From: Ignisphaera sp.
GTDB taxonomy: Archaea; Thermoproteota; Thermoprotei_A; Sulfolobales; Ignisphaeraceae
Length of the DNA stretch: 13,059 nt
Direction: 5' to 3'
NCBI GenBank assembly: GCA_038889075.1
Contig: JAWAHS010000008.1
Coordinates: 54,453 to 67,511 of the forward strand
Shown here: positions 7,842 to 13,059 of the stretch, one piece after another
Layout: each line of letters opens with the position of its first letter
Position numbering within the stretch: position 1 is the stretch's first letter
Program-made: the position numbers and the translations under genes
Notes under the pieces: generated by a model
What the model saw: the letters and a program-made list of their open reading frames with translations, nothing else
What the model was told of the DNA's origin: nothing
Database searches by the model: none

Positions 7842-9191
7842 TTGTATACGTTGATTGATAGAATCAGAAAGATACTGGTTGCAAATAGAGGAGAGATAGC
7901 TGTTAGAATTATAAGAACCTGTAGAAGATTGGGAATAAAGACAGTAGCTATATATACATCCATAGATAGCGATGCTATGCATACTAGACTTGCTGATGAA
8001 GCCTACTCCCTTGGCTCTAACCCCTACGCCTATCTAGATATAGGTAGAATTGCTGAAATTGTTAAGAGAAGTGGTGCTGATGCCGTCCATCCAGGCTACG
8101 GCTTTCTTTCAGAAAATTCTAGATTTGCTAAAGCTGTTGAAGAGGTGGGCTGTATATGGATAGGTCCACCTTGGTACGTTATGAGTAAGCTGGAGTCCAA
8201 AACCGAGGTAAAGAAACTGGCCACCAGTATTGGTATACCTGTGATTCCCGGTATTCTAGAGGTATCCTCGATAGAGGATCTTAAGAAATCTGTTGAGAGG
8301 ATAGGATTTCCAGTACTTCTAAAAGCTGATAGAGGTGGTGGAGGAAGGGGTATGAGGATAGTTAGAAGTGCTGAGGAACTTGAAAAGATTTTCGATATCG
8401 CTAGAGAAGAGGTTAAAACAGCCTTTGACTCCGATAAGCTGTATGTCGAGAAGTACATTCCTAGGGCAAGGCATATAGAGGTTCAGGTAATTGCAGATAG
8501 ATATGGTGGTATCGTAGCTCTAGGTGAAAGAGAGTGTAGTATTCAGAGAAGATATCAGAAGGTTATAGAGGAAGCACCATCGCCGGTTGTCAGTATAGAG
8601 GATAGGAAGCACATCTACGATCTAGCGATAAGGTTTATGAAAACCGTTGGCTATGTAAATGCTGGTACAGTAGAGTTTGTAAGGGATGAGCACGGAAGGT
8701 TCTACCTTATAGAGGTTAATAAGAGGATTCAGGTGGAGCATCCAGTTACAGAAATGGTAACAGGTATCGATCTCATTGAACACCAGATAAAGATTGCAGA
8801 GGGTAGGGAGCTTGAGATAAGGGATAGTATATACAGATTCGCTGGGCATGCAATCGAGGCTAGGATATATGCTGAGGATCCGGAGCGTCTAATCCCATCA
8901 CCGGGAACCATTACATGGATCGAGTTTCCAAATCTAGACGGTGTTAGGATAGACCATGCATTGATGCCGGGTGCTGTAATACCTCCATACTACGATCCAA
9001 TGATTGCAAAGGTTATAGCACTCGGTTCAACACGTGAGGAAGCTAGGGTAAAGCTTATCGATGCACTAAACAACTTTAGGATAGAGGGTATAAAAACCTC
9101 CATACCATTGCTAATAAAGATACTCACCTCCAGGGAATTTATCGAGGGCAATATACATACGGAATTCGTATCGAAGTTAACTAGCAGATAG
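7842..9191 (+). CDS. accC: Biotin carboxylase subunit (AccC/PycA-like, ATP-grasp)
   Basis: KILVANRGEIA, HPGYGFLSEN, GGGGRG, ERECSIQRR.QK, EVNKRIQVEHP and YYDPMIAK motifs. 449 aa with no fused carrier or transferase domain; the partner enzyme is unknown. Confidence 0.93.
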   Translation: MYTLIDRIRKILVANRGEIAVRIIRTCRRLGIKTVAIYTSIDSDAMHTRLADEAYSLGSNPYAYLDIGRIAEIVKRSGADAVHPGYGFLSENSRFAKAVEEVGCIWIGPPWYVMSKLESKTEVKKLATSIGIPVIPGILEVSSIEDLKKSVERIGFPVLLKADRGGGGRGMRIVRSAEELEKIFDIAREEVKTAFDSDKLYVEKYIPRARHIEVQVIADRYGGIVALGERECSIQRRYQKVIEEAPSPVVSIEDRKHIYDLAIRFMKTVGYVNAGTVEFVRDEHGRFYLIEVNKRIQVEHPVTEMVTGIDLIEHQIKIAEGRELEIRDSIYRFAGHAIEARIYAEDPERLIPSPGTITWIEFPNLDGVRIDHALMPGAVIPPYYDPMIAKVIALGSTREEARVKLIDALNNFRIEGIKTSIPLLIKILTSREFIEGNIHTEFVSKLTSR

Positions 9192-9210
9192 CATGGTTGA
9201 TACGGAACTT

Positions 9211-9239
9211 CTCTAGATATAATGTAGGTATATCTAGAG
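9211..9239. repeat. Perfect 11-bp inverted repeat with 7-nt loop (possible terminator or protein-binding site)
   Basis: CTCTAGATATA (9211-9221), loop ATGTAGG, TATATCTAGAG (9229-9239); about 20 nt after the biotin carboxylase stop. Confidence 0.7.
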
Positions 9240-9312
9240 TCTAGTGAAATCGGTTTTTATTGATTGGTGTTTTATTCCTCTGCTAGTGTTGACGTTTATA
9301 GATACTTCAAGT

Positions 9313-9453
9313 AACATCTACTTCTAGGGTACTCAAGATATGGTATACAGAGGTTGCGAGCATCCCCAACGAGGATGAAAACACAGGAGAGGGATGGGAA
9401 ACAAGATGAGGCGGTGAAACCAACCGATATAAACCCATATAAGAGCCCGAACC
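9313..9453 (+). mobile_element. IS200/IS605-type tnpB 3'-end/right-end (omega-RNA-like) relic
   Basis: Broken frames read NIY..LKIW and ...EDEN...GKQDEAVKPTDINPYKS, ending in CCCGAACC. This resembles the low-complexity tails and ends of crenarchaeal tnpB elements as recalled. The segment is purine-rich and no intact tnpB is present. Confidence 0.5.
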
Positions 9454-9477
9454 CTCTAAAAGATCTTCAGATAATAT

Positions 9478-10866
9478 CTAGATGTCTAGATAGTGGTATA
9501 GCTCTATGGGGGTTGGATATATCTGTACCCTTCTAGCCTCTTCCCTCTTAACCTCTATATAGCTCTCTATGAGCTCTTGAGGTACTATAGGCTTTAGCCA
9601 CTCATTATCGCACTCAAGCTCATCTAAAGCTTCATCAAGTGATCTCGGGAGCTCCTTTATCTTCATCTCCCTCCTTCTATAGCTAGGTAAGCTATACACA
9701 TTTTCATCGAGAGGACTTCCTGGATCTATCTTTCTCCTAACTCCATCTAGACCGGCAAGAACTATTGCAGTGAAGGCTAGATATGGATTCGCACTAGGAT
9801 CGGGAGGTCTATATTCAATCCTTATCGAACCACCGTTTCTTCTATATCCAGGTATTCGTATAGCAGCACTTCTATTCCCCCTGCTCCAGACTAGGTATAC
9901 AGGGGCCTCATATCCTGGTACCAGTCTCTTGTAACTATTTACAGTAGGGCTGACTATTGCTGAGAGTGCTCTTGCGTGCTCTATCAAACCTCCTATAAAG
10001 TATCTTGCATATTGGCTGAGAGCGGCATAGCTATCGTTTGGATCGTAGAATAGATTGGTGTTATCCTTCCACAGACTTACATGGACATGCATACCGCTAC
10101 CGTTATCACCGTATATAGGCTTTGGTATGAATGTTGCAATAAGTCCTCTTCTAAAGGCGAGAGACTTTACCGTAAACTTTACCGTCTGTACAGCATCTCC
10201 AGTTGATGCCGCAGTCCCTCCCCTGAAATTGATTTCGTGTTGTGATGCCGCTGCTACTTCATGGTGCAGAACCTCTACATCTATATTGAAGTATCTCGAG
10301 AGCGTGTCTGCTATTTCAACCTTAAGCTCCTGAAATCTATCCTTTGGATATACGCTGTAGTATCCATCTCTATACCTATTTGCAAAGGCTGTACCATTCC
10401 ACGGAGCTTCGCTACTGTAAATCTCAAAGTGCTGCTTCCACGTATCTACGGAGACGCTAACCTTATCGAATATAAAGAACTCTAGCTCAGCTGAAATAAG
10501 CAGCTCCATACCCTGTTCCATTAAATAGGAATCGAGCCTCTCGGCTACATATCTAGGATCCTTTAGAAATCTCGAACCCTCAACATATATTCCGCAGATC
10601 ACTCTACCCAATCCATTCTCCCACGGAATTATACTAAATGTATTCAGGATCGGCTTTAGAACCAGATCGCTTCTCTCAATACCTGTAAACCCCTTGATAC
10701 TACTACCATCTAGCTTACCAACACCATTCTCTATACTCTCCATAGTCAACAGTCTGCTAGATGCAGTCATATGCCTCAAATATCCTATCAAATCCGTAAA
10801 CTGGAGATCTACCCATCTAATATCCCGATCCCTAATACTCTTTACAACCTCTGCTAGCTCCACCAT
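9478..10866 (-). CDS. glnA: Glutamine synthetase type I
   Basis: WVDLQFTD, LDGSSIKGF, ELEFFIF, HHEVA, FIPKP..GDNGSGMHVH, NSYKRLVPGYEAP, NRSAAIRIP and RIEYRPPDPSANPYL motifs. ATG 10866 is the likely start. Confidence 0.97.
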   Translation of the reverse strand: MVELAEVVKSIRDRDIRWVDLQFTDLIGYLRHMTASSRLLTMESIENGVGKLDGSSIKGFTGIERSDLVLKPILNTFSIIPWENGLGRVICGIYVEGSRFLKDPRYVAERLDSYLMEQGMELLISAELEFFIFDKVSVSVDTWKQHFEIYSSEAPWNGTAFANRYRDGYYSVYPKDRFQELKVEIADTLSRYFNIDVEVLHHEVAAASQHEINFRGGTAASTGDAVQTVKFTVKSLAFRRGLIATFIPKPIYGDNGSGMHVHVSLWKDNTNLFYDPNDSYAALSQYARYFIGGLIEHARALSAIVSPTVNSYKRLVPGYEAPVYLVWSRGNRSAAIRIPGYRRNGGSIRIEYRPPDPSANPYLAFTAIVLAGLDGVRRKIDPGSPLDENVYSLPSYRRREMKIKELPRSLDEALDELECDNEWLKPIVPQELIESYIEVKREEARRVQIYPTPIELYHYLDI

Positions 10867-10910
10867 TGACGCCCATAAACTGTAGTTGAGGTATAGTTGC
10901 AATAGACAGC

Positions 10911-10918
10911 TATATAAG
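10911..10918 (-). promoter_or_regulatory. Putative TATA box (CTTATATA) of glnA
   Basis: TATA-like motif about 45 nt upstream of the ATG. Confidence 0.5.
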
Positions 10919-11186
10919 CACTACTATAATTAGATGTGGACAGATGTACAAGTAAACTATACAGATTCATGGACATTAATCAAAGCAGATTTAGGTGAAT
11001 GCATAATTGATCTATGAAGAATGTCCACGGTTCGCAGCACCCCCTTCACATTAGGTGAAGACTCTGGATGCCTTTATAGGAATATCGATTTGCTCACCAT
11101 GGTTGCAGCTCGGGGTAATATGCATTCAATTGCTAGAGCTGTATAATTGAATATATACATTTGTGGATTGCTACAGCCAATATGTA

Positions 11187-12431
11187 CTACCTGGTCTCTT
11201 CAATCATTCTACGGTTCTCAGGGCCTATATGTCCAGCAATAGTCTGTACAATTACAGTTTCCAGCCCCTGATCCTCTAAAATTTTCTTTACCATAAGCAT
11301 CTCCCTTACCGATGGTCTTTTCAAATCCCTTCTTCTAAATGTTGGAAAGTAGTCGAGTACTGTAACCTGTATCCTCCTATCTATTGATGCTATCCTTCTA
11401 CCAGCCTCTGCAATTTCATCAAGGCTAACCAGACTCCTATTGTATACCAGTCCAACTCCTAGGAATACCCTGTTGCTATACATTTCATAGATGTACTCTA
11501 TAGATCTCCAAGCTGTGTTTAGATATCTCTCAGCTAGTTCTCTATTTCCTATACCTGTAATCCTCATATAAGTCTCGACCCTTGTACATTTAGGCTCAAC
11601 ACCGATATTGTTACAGCCAGCCTCAATAAGTTCGTCTACATAGTCCTTTGTTAAAACGGTTCCATTGCTATCGAGATGCCTTCTAACACTTGAATCCACC
11701 CTTCTAGTAACCTCTTTAAAGAACTCTACAAGCCATCTTCTATTAATTGTAGGCTCGCCACCGCTAACAGCAATACCTCTAGTACCATACTTTTTATGAC
11801 AACCTACAACAGCTATAGCAGCTTCCTTGGGGGTTAGCGCTGGCGATGCATTGTCGTATGTAACGCTGTAGTTTTGACACTGTGGACATCTGAGATTGCA
11901 ACCCGCTACCCATATAGCAGCCTCAACATAGTTGACATAGTTGACCTCCCACCATGGGGTCGCCTTACCGCCAACTGTATGGGGCTGTGGCCCATGTACT
12001 ATTCTAAGAGGCTCTCTACCGCTAGTGTCACTCTCAATCTTCATACCATCCTCTACAGGGGTTATACAGGTTCTCTGAAGCTCTCCATCTACTGTAAGAG
12101 CACAGCTCCAACAGCCACCAGTACCACAGGCTACTGAGGCTCTTTTAGAGCTAGGATCAGAGAAGACAAATCCACATCTCCTTAAAGCTTCTGCAATAGT
12201 TATACCGCTAGGCACTGTATATTCAGCACCATCTATATAGATCTTTATTTCTCTAACCTCCTCCACGGCATCAACAATTCTTCTAGCTCCATATGGACAC
12301 GCATAGTAGCAGGATAGACACCCTATACACCTATCTGGAGAATGGCAAATATTTACAGTGCTACAGAATCTACAGCTCCTACACCTACTAAAATCTACCT
12401 CTACAGCCCTCTTCTGCAAAGACACAGACAT
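11187..12431 (-). CDS. Radical SAM protein (PFL-activating-enzyme-like core) with N-terminal 4Fe-4S and 2Fe-2S ferredoxin-like domains
   Basis: CRSCRFC...C / CIGCLSCYYACP ferredoxin motifs; CGTGGCWSC...RTC 2Fe-2S-type motif; GCNLRCPQCQN (CxxxCxxC); SGGEPT and DSNG. AGGTG RBS. Confidence 0.92.
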   Translation of the reverse strand: MSVSLQKRAVEVDFSRCRSCRFCSTVNICHSPDRCIGCLSCYYACPYGARRIVDAVEEVREIKIYIDGAEYTVPSGITIAEALRRCGFVFSDPSSKRASVACGTGGCWSCALTVDGELQRTCITPVEDGMKIESDTSGREPLRIVHGPQPHTVGGKATPWWEVNYVNYVEAAIWVAGCNLRCPQCQNYSVTYDNASPALTPKEAAIAVVGCHKKYGTRGIAVSGGEPTINRRWLVEFFKEVTRRVDSSVRRHLDSNGTVLTKDYVDELIEAGCNNIGVEPKCTRVETYMRITGIGNRELAERYLNTAWRSIEYIYEMYSNRVFLGVGLVYNRSLVSLDEIAEAGRRIASIDRRIQVTVLDYFPTFRRRDLKRPSVREMLMVKKILEDQGLETVIVQTIAGHIGPENRRMIEETR

Positions 12432-12583
12432 ACACCTATTCGAATTTCACAAAGGCTAGAGGGTTAATAGCCATCAAATACGAAACCTAGACACATCCTC
12501 TGTATACCTCCATCCTATACATCATAGACATCCCTAAATGCTTCCCACATGCTCAGTACAGTTGGTTTTTTGAGGACTATGTT

Positions 12584-12736
12584 CTAGATATAGTGGTTCT
12601 GCCTCTTTTTCAGCTCTCTAATCCATGCTGAGGCTTCGCTATACCATTCCTCTAGGGAGTATACCATAATATCTAGCTTCAGTTTTAGCAGGTCTTTAAC
12701 TAGGTTGAGTCTGTCTAGAGTATTTAGAGCTTCTAC
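12584..12736 (-). pseudogene. C-terminal fragment of a probable minimal nucleotidyltransferase (MNT) protein
   Basis: Manual translation VEALNTLDRLNLVKDLLKLKLDIMVYSLEEWYSEASAWIRELKK resembles the MNT C-terminus (xDxxVYxxEE). One extra A in the A-run would give ...KKEAEPL. No GS/DxD N-terminal motif; the 5' side abuts the MITE-like element. Confidence 0.5.
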
Positions 12737-12951
12737 CGTTTCCCGTCCCAAGGTTTCTGTAGGTTTTCCTGGGGTGGGTCATCACGGTTTCCCTGAGCCC
12801 CCTCCCCACGGTCTGCCGTGGGTCTCGGAAACCCAGGGTCACCAAGATGATTATTGAGCTTCAGATGTTTATAAGCCTTGCCCACACCTAATCGCATTAA
12901 AAGCTTTGAAAACCCTAGAGAAACCTAGAGAAAAGAAACAGCTACCAAACC
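12737..12951 (-). mobile_element. Non-autonomous MITE-like element of about 215 bp, probably an internally deleted tnpB element
   Basis: Imperfect inverted repeats AGGTTTCTGTAGGTTTTC (12751-12768) and GAAAACCCTAGAGAAACCT (12908-12926). GC-rich nested hairpin: CCCACGG/CCGTGGG (12805-12822) inside GGTTTCC/GGAAACC (12786-12833). Internal TATA CTTATAAA (12868-12875, minus) 25 nt before a GTG. Confidence 0.6.
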
Positions 12952-13059
12952 CTGGTTCGATGCATGTTAGCCGGCATTAAATCTCACTTCCTGCTATTCT
13001 TTATCCACTCCTAATACCATGTTCTGTAATTAATTCTAATCAGCTATTCTTAAGAAGAA

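Noticed and set aside
9354-9536. 60-aa ORF MRASPTRMKTQ...
   Set aside because: It is a reading of the tnpB-like relic running antisense into glnA and is unlikely to be a real protein.
1062-12137. Antisense or overlapping ORFs in the track (1062-1334, 1701-1895, 2190-2507, 2806-3042, 3421-3717, 4810-5076, 5207-5413, 5711-5908, 7190-7621, 7213-7428, 8096-8458, 8622-8849, 8729-8911, 10055-10333, 10261-10485, 10694-10885, 11874-12137)
   Set aside because: Shadows of well-supported genes on the opposite strand; mostly Ser/Ile/Leu-rich with no recognisable motifs.
12770-12960. tRNA or other housekeeping RNA in the GC-rich stretch (GGTTCGA at 12954-12960)
   Set aside because: No cloverleaf can be built; the inverted repeats and internal promoter fit a mobile element better.
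1-13059. CRISPR array, rRNA, or TAG recoding (pyrrolysine)
   Set aside because: No regularly spaced repeats or rRNA-like sequence were seen, and TAG codons fall at expected protein ends.

Overview
Archaeal chromosomal window, most likely from a Thermoprotei/Desulfurococcales crenarchaeon (Ignisphaera-like). This is inferred from TATA boxes, GGTG/GAGG ribosome-binding sites, ATA/AGA/AGG codon use and near-exclusive TAG stops. Genes: a rubredoxin-domain protein plus DPS-like ferritin (partial at the left edge); a frameshifted DUF3782-type pseudogene; a PAC2 chaperone-Hsp20 operon; a flavin reductase; a GNAT acetyltransferase; a JAMM metalloprotease; a DUF4203-like membrane protein; two overlapping YjbQ paralogues; a stand-alone biotin carboxylase; glnA; and a multi-Fe-S radical SAM protein. 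Intergenic regions hold three probable IS200/IS605-type relics. One resembles a tnpB 3' end/omega-RNA with its own TATA box, and another is a MITE-like element next to a nucleotidyltransferase fragment. The best leads are the promoter-equipped orphan omega-RNA-like segment, the MITE-like element and the complementarily degenerate YjbQ pair. All family calls come from motif recognition, without database searches.
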